Below, piece after piece: positions 1 to 8,754 of a stretch of 64,000 nt of DNA. The DNA comes from Ruminiclostridium sp. (GTDB lineage: Bacteria; Bacillota; Clostridia; Oscillospirales; Ruminococcaceae), in contig JAZNST010000051.1 in assembly GCA_045591405.1 (NCBI GenBank), forward strand, positions 15,571 through 79,570, given 5' to 3'. The notes under the pieces are model-generated. The model saw nothing but the letters and a program-made list of their open reading frames with translations. It was not told the DNA's origin and did no database searches. Position numbers and translations under genes: made by a program. Positions within the stretch are counted from its first letter, which is position 1, and every line of letters starts with the position of its first letter.

Positions 1-1777
1 GATTTTCAAGGTCCTCCATAAGAAGATCAGCGTTAAATCGAACCTCCTCAACGATGCTCATCGCCTTTTGTCTGGCAATTGAAATCTCGTGGTCTTTTTC
101 CTTTTCAAGCCGTTCCTTCTGCTGTTCAAGCTCTTCGGTAAGAGCCTTTGACTTACGCTGTTCCTGAGAAACGCTTTCTTTGAGCGTTTCAAGCTCCTGC
201 CTTGTTTGTTCAAGCTTTTCAACAACTCGCTCAAATCGCTTGTTTTCATCGCTTACAAGCTCTTTTGCGCTTGCTACAACGCTTTCGTCCATTCCGAGAC
301 GTTTGACTATTGCAAAAGCGTTAGACTTACCCGGAACGCCGATTATAAGCTTATAAGTGGGCTGTAACGTGTTAACGTCAAACTCACAGCAAGCATTTTC
401 TACTCCGTCTTCTTCGATAGCGAAAATCTTTACTTCCTGATAATGCGTGGTTGCAATCACAGAACAGCCTCTATCTTTAAGCGTTTTGAGGATTGTAACC
501 GCAAGCGCCGCACCTTCGATTGGGTCTGTTCCCGAACCAAGCTCGTCAAGAAGAATAAGCGAACGAGAGCCTGCTGTTTTAAGTATTCTGATTACGTTAT
601 TCATGTGCGACGAGAAGGTTGAAAGGTTTTGTTCAATGCTCTGCTCGTCGCCGATATCAGCGTAAATACTGTCAAAGACGCCGATTACGCTTCCGTCAAC
701 GGCAGGAATCATAAGTCCGCACATTGCCATAAGAGTAAGAAGTCCTGCGGTTTTTATGGAGACGGTTTTACCGCCTGTGTTTGGTCCCGTTATAATAAGA
801 CAGCTGTAATCTCCGCCGAGCGTCAGCGTTGTAGGAACGACAACGTCGGGATTTATAAGCGGATGGCGGGCTTTGTTGAGATAAATGTACGGCTTATCGA
901 CAATCTGAGGAGTCGAAGCCTTCATCTTTGCGCCGAGATTTGCCTTTGCAAAGAACATTTCAAGCTTTATTGCATTTTCATAGCCCGTAATAAGCTCGTT
1001 GGCAAATTCGCCTATCTGAGTTGAAAAATCCTTGATAATTCTTTCTATTTCAATCTGCTCCTGAGCCTTCAGAAGTCTTATTTCGTTGTTAGCTTCAACT
1101 ACGCTGATTGGCTCTACAAAGAGAGTTGCGCCGCTTGACGAGGTGTCGTGGACAAGACCGTTGATTTCTTTTCTGTATTCGGTTTTTACAGGAACGACAT
1201 ATCGCCCGTCACGCTGAGTTACAATAGCGTCCTGGAGATATTTGCTCGTTTGCTGACTTTTTATTATCTTGTCGAGCTGTTCCTTGATTTTTGCGCCCTG
1301 TCTTACAATCGCTTTTCTGATTCTTGAAAGCTCGGCGCTCGCGTTGTCTGAAAGCTCTTCTTCTGATACTATTGCATTTGAAATCGCTTCTTCAAGGCGT
1401 TTATTCGGAGTAAGCTGAGAGAAAAATTCACTAAGAGAGGTTTCTATCGAGCTACACTGAGAATACCACGAGCAAAGCCCGTCGATTTCTCTCAACAAGA
1501 GCGAACAATCAAGCAGTTCTCTGAGTGAAAGAATTGCACCCTGCTCTGCTCTTTTTGCGCTCGACGACATATTTTTCACCTTGTAAAAGCGAGGCGTTCC
1601 GAACTTACTTGAAAGAACGAATGCGTCGTCCGTATTTTTGAGCTGAAGCTCAATTTCGTGTAAATCGTGTGAAGGAGCGATTTTGTGGCAATTTTCCGCA
1701 CATTCTTCGCTCCACGTCTGTTCTGCAAGCATTTGCAGAATCTTATCAAGTTCAAGTTTTTTATATTCCTTTTTCAT
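1..1777 (-). CDS. mutS2: Endonuclease MutS2, N-terminal ~592 codons; the C-terminus lies beyond the left window edge
   Basis: Absent from the ORF track because the frame stays open to position 1. Reverse translation from ATG at 1777 gives MKKEYKKLELDKILQMLAEQ... It continues through Walker A LIITGPNTGGKTV (about 770-810) and LDELGSGTDP (about 520-550). The start lies 3 nt after the recO stop. Confidence 0.9.
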   Translation of the reverse strand, partial: MKKEYKKLELDKILQMLAEQTWSEECAENCHKIAPSHDLHEIELQLKNTDDAFVLSSKFGTPRFYKVKNMSSSAKRAEQGAILSLRELLDCSLLLREIDGLCSWYSQCSSIETSLSEFFSQLTPNKRLEEAISNAIVSEEELSDNASAELSRIRKAIVRQGAKIKEQLDKIIKSQQTSKYLQDAIVTQRDGRYVVPVKTEYRKEINGLVHDTSSSGATLFVEPISVVEANNEIRLLKAQEQIEIERIIKDFSTQIGEFANELITGYENAIKLEMFFAKANLGAKMKASTPQIVDKPYIYLNKARHPLINPDVVVPTTLTLGGDYSCLIITGPNTGGKTVSIKTAGLLTLMAMCGLMIPAVDGSVIGVFDSIYADIGDEQSIEQNLSTFSSHMNNVIRILKTAGSRSLILLDELGSGTDPIEGAALAVTILKTLKDRGCSVIATTHYQEVKIFAIEEDGVENACCEFDVNTLQPTYKLIIGVPGKSNAFAIVKRLGMDESVVASAKELVSDENKRFERVVEKLEQTRQELETLKESVSQEQRKSKALTEELEQQKERLEKEKDHEISIARQKAMSIVEEVRFNADLLMEDLEN

Positions 1778-1779
1778 CT

Positions 1780-2526
1780 TTATACCTTATAATAATACTC
1801 AAGACTTCTGAAGCTTCTGTTAAGATGCCCCAGAAGATATTTTTCCGTAAACGAATAAAACTGCTCGGCAGTAACTCCCGCAAGTGAAAAACCGAAAAGC
1901 TTTTCAACAGGCGAATAGACGACATATCTGAGCGTATAGAGCAACGACGGCGATAAGGTAAAAACGCCCTCGTCGTCTCTGTTTCCGTCGAAGCAATCAC
2001 CGCAGACAATCGTACTTTCGCCGAACAAAAAGAACATTTCGCTGTGCTCATAGCAAACGCACCTTCCGCAAGCCCGAAGGTCAGGCATAAAACCGAGCAT
2101 AGCTGCTGTTCTAAGCTCAAAAACCGATTTTATCAGCGCTTCGCAAGCGTCGTCCTTTTCAAGTCGGTATAACGTCATTGCAAAAAAGCGAAGAAAATCT
2201 CCGCCGTATTCCTCGGAAGCTGAGGTGTATCTTGCAATATCCGCAAAATAAGTCGCAAGGCTGAGCTTTTTCAAATCAGACGAGAGCTTATAAAAGAGAT
2301 AAATCGGCTTTGCGCTGTTGAGAGTATATTTCAGTGACGATTTGTTAAGGCAGAAGGTTGCATAGGAAAAAAGCCCCGTTGAACCGAGATTTGTGCTGTT
2401 GAGCTTTTTTACGCCGTGTGCAACAACCTCAATCACGCCGTATTCTTTCGTAAGAATATCGAGAAAGGCGTTATTATCGCCGATTTCACGGCGTGAAATA
2501 ACAATTCCGTCAACCGTTACAAGCAT
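1780..2526 (-). CDS. recO: DNA repair protein RecO
   Basis: Same frame as track ORF 1780..2556, trimmed to ATG 2526 (MLVTVDGIVISRRE...). That ATG is 1 nt after the era stop and has GAGG 7 nt upstream. The protein has a RecO-like N-terminus and a CxxC...CxxC zinc motif (CGRCVCYE...CGDC). era-recO synteny supports the call. Confidence 0.85.
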   Translation of the reverse strand: MLVTVDGIVISRREIGDNNAFLDILTKEYGVIEVVAHGVKKLNSTNLGSTGLFSYATFCLNKSSLKYTLNSAKPIYLFYKLSSDLKKLSLATYFADIARYTSASEEYGGDFLRFFAMTLYRLEKDDACEALIKSVFELRTAAMLGFMPDLRACGRCVCYEHSEMFFLFGESTIVCGDCFDGNRDDEGVFTLSPSLLYTLRYVVYSPVEKLFGFSLAGVTAEQFYSFTEKYLLGHLNRSFRSLEYYYKV

Positions 2527-2527
2527 A

Positions 2528-3436
2528 TCAATCCTCTGCATTAAGACCAAGCTCAATAAGGAACGATTCCTTGTTGCGCCAGTCTTCCTTAACCTTAACC
2601 CAAAGCTTCATATTGACCTTACATTCAAAATAATCTTCCATATCAGCTCTTGCAAGAGTACCGATTTTTTTGAGCATCATTCCCTGCTTTCCAATAATCA
2701 TACCCTTATGAGTTGACTTTTCGCAGATTATAACAACTCCAAGGTCAACAATAGCTTCACCTTTATTTGTCTTTGTTTCTTCAAGCGTTTCAATCTCAAC
2801 TGCTACTCCGTGAGGAACCTCCTCGTGCATAGTTCTGAGGATTTTTTCACGCACAATTTCGCTGAGCCATACCTTTTCGGGCTGGTCAGTCGGGAGATTA
2901 GCGTCAAAGAAATGGGGCGATTCCTTGAGAAATTTATCAACGGCAGGAATAATAAGCTCCGTATTGATTCTGTTCTTGACGCTTATCGGGATTATTTCAG
3001 CAAAATCATAAAGTGAAGAATAGTCTTCAATTGTTTTAAGGAGAGTGGTCTTGTCCTTAATTAAATCAACCTTGTTGATAAGAAGAATCACGTTGAGATT
3101 TTTTGATTTGAACGAGCGCACAAGGTCGCTTTCAATTCCCGAAAGCTTCTTGGTTGCGTCAACCATAAACAAAACAACGTCAACATCCTCGACGCTGCTT
3201 CTGATTGTTTTTACCATCTGCTCTGAGAGCTTGTTTTTGGGCTTGTGCATACCAGGCGTATCTATGAACACGTATTGGTTTTCACCGTTAGTAAGAACGC
3301 CGTTTATTCTTGTTCGTGTTGTCTGCGGTTTTGCGCTGACAATCGCTATTTTCTCCCCCACAAGCAGATTCGTAAGCGAGGATTTACCTGCGTTTGCTCT
3401 GCCTGAAATTGCAACAAAAGCTGTCTTTGTACTCAT
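2528..3436 (-). CDS. era: GTPase Era
   Basis: 302 aa with G1 GRANAGKSS, G3 DTPG, G4 NKVD and a C-terminal KH-like domain. Position in the ybeY-dgkA-era-recO block. Confidence 0.95.
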   Translation of the reverse strand: MSTKTAFVAISGRANAGKSSLTNLLVGEKIAIVSAKPQTTRTRINGVLTNGENQYVFIDTPGMHKPKNKLSEQMVKTIRSSVEDVDVVLFMVDATKKLSGIESDLVRSFKSKNLNVILLINKVDLIKDKTTLLKTIEDYSSLYDFAEIIPISVKNRINTELIIPAVDKFLKESPHFFDANLPTDQPEKVWLSEIVREKILRTMHEEVPHGVAVEIETLEETKTNKGEAIVDLGVVIICEKSTHKGMIIGKQGMMLKKIGTLARADMEDYFECKVNMKLWVKVKEDWRNKESFLIELGLNAED

Positions 3437-3909
3437 TTTTCTGTCTGTCCTTTATCTTTTTTCTTTTTTACGCCTCGTATGAACAAGAACGATAGTGCAA
3501 CTGTTGCGAACAATATCGCAATTTTTCTGATGTCGGTAAATATAGTGGTAAAAATATAGCCAATAACTTCAAAATCAAGGAAAAGAATCAGCCCTATCCC
3601 CACAGCCGCTATTGCCATAATAAGAACGGCGCCCGCCGCCGCATTCTTACTGATCTTGGCAAGCTTACTGTATTCAGGCGACGCTTTATCAACAACCGCT
3701 TCTATCGCAGTATTTACCGTTTCAAGAGCAATCACCGCCGCGCAGGTCAGTATCAATAGGATATATTCAGTCTTTGAAAGGCTGTAATAGCTTGAAAAAT
3801 AAAACACATAAAGCATAACTACAATATGTATTCTCATATTTCTTTCGCTGAGAACAGTTGAGCCTATTCCCTTAAAAGCGCAGGCAAAGCCCGTCAGAAA
3901 TTTTTTCAT
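3433..3909 (-). CDS. dgkA: Diacylglycerol/undecaprenol kinase (DgkA family)
   Basis: 158-aa polytopic membrane protein with an ETVNTAIEAVVD motif. It has 4-nt overlaps with both ybeY and era. Confidence 0.85.
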   Translation of the reverse strand: MKKFLTGFACAFKGIGSTVLSERNMRIHIVVMLYVFYFSSYYSLSKTEYILLILTCAAVIALETVNTAIEAVVDKASPEYSKLAKISKNAAAGAVLIMAIAAVGIGLILFLDFEVIGYIFTTIFTDIRKIAILFATVALSFLFIRGVKKKKDKGQTEK

Positions 3910-4382
3910 CTTGTTATTCCCAGCTTTTCAAGAACTTTTTCCTGTTTTTCGAACATTTCCTTTTCTTCTTCCTTACTATTTTCGTGGTCATAGCCAAGAA
4001 GGTGGAAAACCGAGTGAGTCGCAAGGAAGCAAACCTCTCGCTCAAACGAGTGATTATACTGATTTGCCTGTTGCTCGGCTCTTTCGAGCGATATTACGAT
4101 GTCGCCGAGCTGAAGACAGTTGGTGTCGGGATTTACGTCGAAATATCCGTCGTCGCCAAGCGGAAATGAAAGAACGTCGGTTACTGCGTCCTTTTCTCTG
4201 AATTCGGCGTTGAGTGCTTTTATCTCGTCGTTGTCAACAAAGCTCAGAGAAACTTCACATTCCTCGTCAAATTCTTCCATATCAAGAGCTGTTTCAAGGC
4301 ATTTTCTGATTGAAGTTCTTAGACCATTTGGAACCTCAAGCTTTTTCTGCTTATTTGAGAAGAAGATTTTTACCTTTGCCAT
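3906..4382 (-). CDS. ybeY: rRNA maturation endoribonuclease YbeY
   Basis: HSVFHLLGYDH (HxxxHxxGxxH) metal-binding motif, 158 aa, downstream of phoH. Confidence 0.9.
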   Translation of the reverse strand: MAKVKIFFSNKQKKLEVPNGLRTSIRKCLETALDMEEFDEECEVSLSFVDNDEIKALNAEFREKDAVTDVLSFPLGDDGYFDVNPDTNCLQLGDIVISLERAEQQANQYNHSFEREVCFLATHSVFHLLGYDHENSKEEEKEMFEKQEKVLEKLGITR

Positions 4383-4383
4383 T

Positions 4384-5355
4384 TCATTTACTTCCTTTCT
4401 GTCTGTCGTTATAATATTTGTCGTACGCCTTTACTATATCCTGTACGAGTCTGTGACGAACTACGTCCTTTTCTGTGAATTTTACCTGTGCAATTCCTTC
4501 TATGCTTTTGAGGACTCTTGACGCTTCAATAAGCCCCGAACGCTTTGAATCGGGAAGGTCGATCTGAGTAATATCGCCTGTGATAACCATTTTACTGTTA
4601 AAGCCAAGACGGGTAAGGAACATTTTCATCTGTTCAGAGGTTGTATTCTGTGCCTCGTCAAGAATAATGAAGCTATCGTCAAGGGTTCGTCCTCTCATAT
4701 AAGCAAGCGGCGCTACCTCGATAGATCCTCTTTCCTGATTTCTCTGAAAAGCTTCAGCGCCCATCATATCAAAAAGAGCGTCGTAAAGCGGTCTGAGATA
4801 AGGGTCAACCTTATTCTGTAAATCTCCGGGTAAAAATCCGAGCTTTTCCCCTGCTTCAACAGCGGGACGGGTAAGGATTATTCTCTGGATTTCGTGGGCT
4901 TTGAAGGCTCTTACTGCCTGTGCAACGGCAAGATAGGTTTTTCCCGTTCCTGCGGGGCCAATACCGAACACGATTGTGTTGTCTCTTATTGCGTCAACGT
5001 ATTTTTTCTGACCAACGGTTTTTGGCTTTATAGGCTTTCCCGTAAAGCTTACGCAAACGCAATCGCCCGAAAGCTTTTCAAGCTGCTTTTCTGAGCCTTC
5101 GTTAACCATATTTATAACGTATCTTACACGCTGTTCGTCGATTTCCTCGCCGTTGTCTATCGACTTACAGAGCGTTTCTATTACAGCCTTTGCCATAAAA
5201 GCGTTTGATTCTGCGCCTTTTATTTTTATTTCGTCGCCTCTGCTGAACACAGAAACTCCGTATTCCTTTTGAATAAGGTTTATATTGCGGTCATATTCAC
5301 CGAAAATCTCGTGAATATAATTCATATTTAATATCTGAATACTACACTCAGCCAT
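4384..5355 (-). CDS. phoH: PhoH-like ATPase
   Basis: Walker A GPAGTGKTYLAV with PhoH family architecture. Conserved yqfD-phoH-ybeY order. Confidence 0.9.
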   Translation of the reverse strand: MAECSIQILNMNYIHEIFGEYDRNINLIQKEYGVSVFSRGDEIKIKGAESNAFMAKAVIETLCKSIDNGEEIDEQRVRYVINMVNEGSEKQLEKLSGDCVCVSFTGKPIKPKTVGQKKYVDAIRDNTIVFGIGPAGTGKTYLAVAQAVRAFKAHEIQRIILTRPAVEAGEKLGFLPGDLQNKVDPYLRPLYDALFDMMGAEAFQRNQERGSIEVAPLAYMRGRTLDDSFIILDEAQNTTSEQMKMFLTRLGFNSKMVITGDITQIDLPDSKRSGLIEASRVLKSIEGIAQVKFTEKDVVRHRLVQDIVKAYDKYYNDRQKGSK

Positions 5356-5425
5356 TTTGCTCTCCGTTCTACAAAAATATAGAAATATTATAGCATAAAA
5401 TCGCTGAAAATAAAAGCCTTTTTCA

Positions 5426-6577
5426 CTAATTTACGGAAAATTCTTGCTGTTTTGCAATGTCGCCCCTGAGCGTGTAATCAATATGAAGGCTTACCGTGTT
5501 ATTTTCAAAGGAAAAGGTTTTTTCGCTCTTGACAATTTCATAGTGCGAATAAAAGTTTCTTTCGTATTCGTCAGCCTGCTGCAAAAGGAGCTTTTTTACG
5601 TCGTTCATCGTTCTTTCTACTGTTTTCTGAGTTGTTTCATAGCCTTTGACAACACAGATTTTCCAAGGCATATCAAGACCAAAAAGCTTTACGTTATGAA
5701 TTTCAGTGTCGTAAATGTAATTTTCCTGCGGATTAACCTGACGGTCGGATAAAAAGATACTGAAAAGTCTTACGTACTTCTCCTCTGTTGTTTTTCCTGT
5801 CTTTACTGTTTCTTCGGTAACAAGCGGCATTGAAAAATCCGCTGCTTCATAAAATTCCGCGATTATCTTGGCGTCGGCGTTGTTGTGAGTGATTTTTCCG
5901 TAGCTGTCTTCTATAATTCCGCTGACAATCAGATCTCCTTCTCTTACTGCGCTTCCCACAGGATAAAGAAGCTTTCCCCGATAAACCTCTGTGTTTACGA
6001 TTATTCCTGTTTTTTCGGCGATGACGTTGCAAGGAATTTTAACAGAAAGCTTTTGCTGAGGAAGCTCAAGTCGTTCGTTTACTTTTACATAGAGCTTTGC
6101 GCCTTCTTTTTGAATACTTATCCACGAGATTTCGGGAATAGAAAGCTTAGCGCAAAATTCAACGTGTCCCGAATCGAAGGTGTCGGGGTCTGCTCCTGCG
6201 TAAATTCCGTTTTCATAGAGCATTTCAAGTATCTGATCGTCGCTTACAGCCACGTTACCGCTTATTTTTATTTCCCAGATGAAGCTTGAACAAGCGCCGA
6301 TAATGATAGCGTATATAAGCGCTCCTATTGCTATTCCGTAACGGGATTTGTAGGGATTTATCTTAAAAATCGCGCCGTATTTTTTTATTATTCTCATCCT
6401 TACCCGATGCTTATAAGCGAAACGAGCTATTTCCTTGTAATCGGCGGGAGCAATTTTGGCGTAAAATATACCTTTTTCGTTTCTTACGTCCTTGAGACGA
6501 TAGCCTTGTGCAATTGCAAACGAAATAAATTTATCAGCGTAAGCTCCTATAAGCGAAAATTCCACGTAATTTCTCAT
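5426..6577 (-). CDS. yqfD: Sporulation protein YqfD
   Basis: 383 aa with one central TM segment and YqfD-like sequence. Overlaps the yqfC stop by 4 nt, and the yqfC-yqfD pair is conserved in spore formers. Confidence 0.8.
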   Translation of the reverse strand: MRNYVEFSLIGAYADKFISFAIAQGYRLKDVRNEKGIFYAKIAPADYKEIARFAYKHRVRMRIIKKYGAIFKINPYKSRYGIAIGALIYAIIIGACSSFIWEIKISGNVAVSDDQILEMLYENGIYAGADPDTFDSGHVEFCAKLSIPEISWISIQKEGAKLYVKVNERLELPQQKLSVKIPCNVIAEKTGIIVNTEVYRGKLLYPVGSAVREGDLIVSGIIEDSYGKITHNNADAKIIAEFYEAADFSMPLVTEETVKTGKTTEEKYVRLFSIFLSDRQVNPQENYIYDTEIHNVKLFGLDMPWKICVVKGYETTQKTVERTMNDVKKLLLQQADEYERNFYSHYEIVKSEKTFSFENNTVSLHIDYTLRGDIAKQQEFSVN

Positions 6578-6846
6578 AAGCTTTCACTCCCTGAAAATTC
6601 AACTGATGATAACGCGCCCGTTATCTTAACTCCGTCACGGGAAAAATTATTCATTGAAAGATTGTTTCCAAACACGCTGACAACACAGCCTGAAAGCTCT
6701 ATTTTTATGTAGTTTTCATCGTAAGAAATAACCTTTTCACAACCGTTTATCATCATTTCGGAATCGTCGGTTATCTGAATATCACTGTGTTTTCTTCTTT
6801 TTCTCTTAAATTCCTCGTATCTTGTTGCAAGCTTGTTTATATTCAT
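6574..6846 (-). CDS. yqfC: Sporulation protein YqfC (YabP/YqfC family)
   Basis: 90-aa YabP-like beta protein directly upstream of yqfD. Confidence 0.75.
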   Translation of the reverse strand: MNINKLATRYEEFKRKRRKHSDIQITDDSEMMINGCEKVISYDENYIKIELSGCVVSVFGNNLSMNNFSRDGVKITGALSSVEFSGSESL

Positions 6847-6934
6847 ATCCTTCTCCTGTCATTTTTCTTGAATTTTTCAATATAATTTATATGCCTTAGT
6901 GTCCACGTTATAACCTGTCAGAAAGAGAAGATTG

Positions 6935-7957
6935 ATGAAAAAAACGCTTGCTTCACTTTTTCTTATTATTTTTTCGGGATATTTGATAGCCAATGCACAA
7001 GCCGCTACAAATGCAATAACAGAAGGAATCGACGCCTGTCTTTCATCAATTATCCCATCGCTTTTTGCTTTTATGGTAATAAGCTCGTTTTTTATCTCAA
7101 CAGGCGTTAACAGGTTTATATTCAAGCCCTTTTTTGCAATTTCACGTTGGTGGTTCAAGGGTGACGAGAACGTATTTTCGGTTTTTCTCTCTTCTCTTTT
7201 CGGAGGTTACCCGATTGGCATCAAGCTTTTCTCTGACCTTATTTCGTATAACAAAAATTATAACGAAATTGGCGAAAAATATCTTATGTTTTGCTATTGC
7301 CCAAGCCCAACCTTCGTGATAGCGATTATAGGTCTTGGGATTTTCAAAAGCTCTCAGGCGGGGCTTATCGTATACCTTTCAAACGTCCTGTCGTGTGTTG
7401 TTCTTGCTTTTTTGGTAAATATTTTTTCAAAAAGAAGGTCGGTTTTTTCAGTTGAAAAAGGAGTCGGAATCAACCTTTCAGAGCTTTCAAATTCAATCAG
7501 CGGTACAGTCAAGGCTCTTTCCTTGATTTGCGCCTGTGTTCTTTTGTTCAGGCTTTTTTCTTCATTCTGTGAAACCGTCGGCTTATTTTCCTTCGTTGAT
7601 GAAAACACAGCGTCGATTCTGAAAGCGTTTTTTGAGGTAACGTCGTTGACGAACGCTCCCGCTGATTTCAGTCTTCTCCCCTTTTATTCGCTCCTGACTT
7701 CGTCAGGTGGACTGTGTATCCTTTTTCAGACGGCAGCTCTTGCGCCAAAGGGCTTCAAGCTAAGATATTTTCTTTTGGGGCGAATTATTTGCTCGATTAT
7801 GAGTTTCGTTTTTACAAAGGCTATCCTTCATTTTTTTACTCCTGCCTTGCCTGTTTTTGCTCAGAATTCTGTGAAGCTGTTTTCCGCAAACCCAATTTGC
7901 TCGTTTTGCCTAATAATCATGTGTTATATTTTGCTAAAATTACCACAAAAAAATTAA
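6935..7957 (+). CDS. Sporulation integral membrane protein YlbJ-like (nucleoside-recognition/Gate domains)
   Basis: Polytopic membrane protein. GIDACLSSIIPSLFAFMVIS and GGYPIGIKL resemble B. subtilis YlbJ as I remember it. ATG 6935 is preferred over TTG 6932. Confidence 0.55.
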   Translation: MKKTLASLFLIIFSGYLIANAQAATNAITEGIDACLSSIIPSLFAFMVISSFFISTGVNRFIFKPFFAISRWWFKGDENVFSVFLSSLFGGYPIGIKLFSDLISYNKNYNEIGEKYLMFCYCPSPTFVIAIIGLGIFKSSQAGLIVYLSNVLSCVVLAFLVNIFSKRRSVFSVEKGVGINLSELSNSISGTVKALSLICACVLLFRLFSSFCETVGLFSFVDENTASILKAFFEVTSLTNAPADFSLLPFYSLLTSSGGLCILFQTAALAPKGFKLRYFLLGRIICSIMSFVFTKAILHFFTPALPVFAQNSVKLFSANPICSFCLIIMCYILLKLPQKN

Positions 7958-8026
7958 TTAAAACAGTAGAAATTTGTCAAATTATATGATATAATGACAC
8001 TAGATAATAATTGTGAGGTGTTTTCA

Positions 8027-8242
8027 GTGAGAAAAAAGTTATTCGGAAACAACATCAAACCTGCTTGCAGATACTGCCTTAAAAGCTCTGTGGGTGAAAA
8101 CGGAAGAGGTTTGGTCTGCCCTCATTTCGGAGACGTCAAGTCTTCTGATTCGTGTAAGTCGTTTTCGTACTCTCCATTAAAGCGTATTCCTAAAAAAGAG
8201 CTTTGCCTTGCAAAATCGGACGCTAACGACATAGATTTCTGA
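8027..8242 (+). CDS. Small Cys-rich hypothetical protein (CxxC...C...C)
   Basis: Track ORF 7994..8242. GTG 8027 has GAGGTG 7-8 nt upstream, whereas ATG 7994 has no SD. The gene is followed by a clean terminator. No family recognised. Confidence 0.4.
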   Translation: MRKKLFGNNIKPACRYCLKSSVGENGRGLVCPHFGDVKSSDSCKSFSYSPLKRIPKKELCLAKSDANDIDF

Positions 8243-8246
8243 TATA

Positions 8247-8272
8247 AAGGACGGATTATCCGTCCTTTTTTG
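8247..8272 (+). terminator. Intrinsic terminator after the small Cys-rich gene
   Basis: GGACGGA/TCCGTCC hairpin followed by TTTTTTG. Confidence 0.6.
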
Positions 8273-8282
8273 TTTAAGAAAA

Positions 8283-8319
8283 AGCCGCTGCAGAAAGAAC
8301 TGCAACGGCTTCTTTTTTA
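8283..8319. terminator. Bidirectional hairpin between convergent genes
   Basis: AGCCGCTGCAG...CTGCAACGGCT stem with one mismatch. It has T-runs on both sides and abuts the yolD-like stop. Confidence 0.5.
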
Positions 8320-8745
8320 TTCCTTGAAAAGTAATCTGAATATTTCTCCGTCAATGAAAATAACGTCATCCATCGGGATTTTCTCCCCGCTATCAAGAAT
8401 AATCGTCGGGGCGTAATCGTTGATCTTTTTAACCGTACCGTTTGTTGTACGATATGAGCCTCCGCTTTTTTTGTTGTCGGGAACGAAAAAGGTTATACTC
8501 ACCTCGTCTTTTTCGTCTATACGTTCGGAGATGATCTGAATACGCCTGTTTATCTCGTCCTTTTCATAATCGTCAAGCTCAATCCGTTCATCAGTAAGCC
8601 GCCCTGCTTCTTTTATTACGAGATTGTGTCCTTTAAGCGTGGCGTAGGGGGCAAACTGCGCCGCCCTGTTTTCACGGCTCATTCTGTGTCTTTTTGTGCT
8701 GACGGGCATAGGGAGATTTATAATATCATCGTAACTGTTATCCAT
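8317..8745 (-). CDS. YolD-like protein (accessory partner of Y-family polymerases in Firmicutes)
   Basis: 142 aa with a MSRENRAAQFAPYATLKGH motif typical of the YolD family. It lies immediately downstream of the Y-family polymerase gene. Confidence 0.7.
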   Translation of the reverse strand: MDNSYDDIINLPMPVSTKRHRMSRENRAAQFAPYATLKGHNLVIKEAGRLTDERIELDDYEKDEINRRIQIISERIDEKDEVSITFFVPDNKKSGGSYRTTNGTVKKINDYAPTIILDSGEKIPMDDVIFIDGEIFRLLFKE

Positions 8746-8754
8746 TTTTCCTCC

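Noticed and set aside
58-249. 63-aa minus-strand ORF from the track at the left edge.
   Set aside because: It is out of frame within the edge-truncated mutS2 coding region, and its Lys/Arg/Ser-rich translation is a frame artefact.
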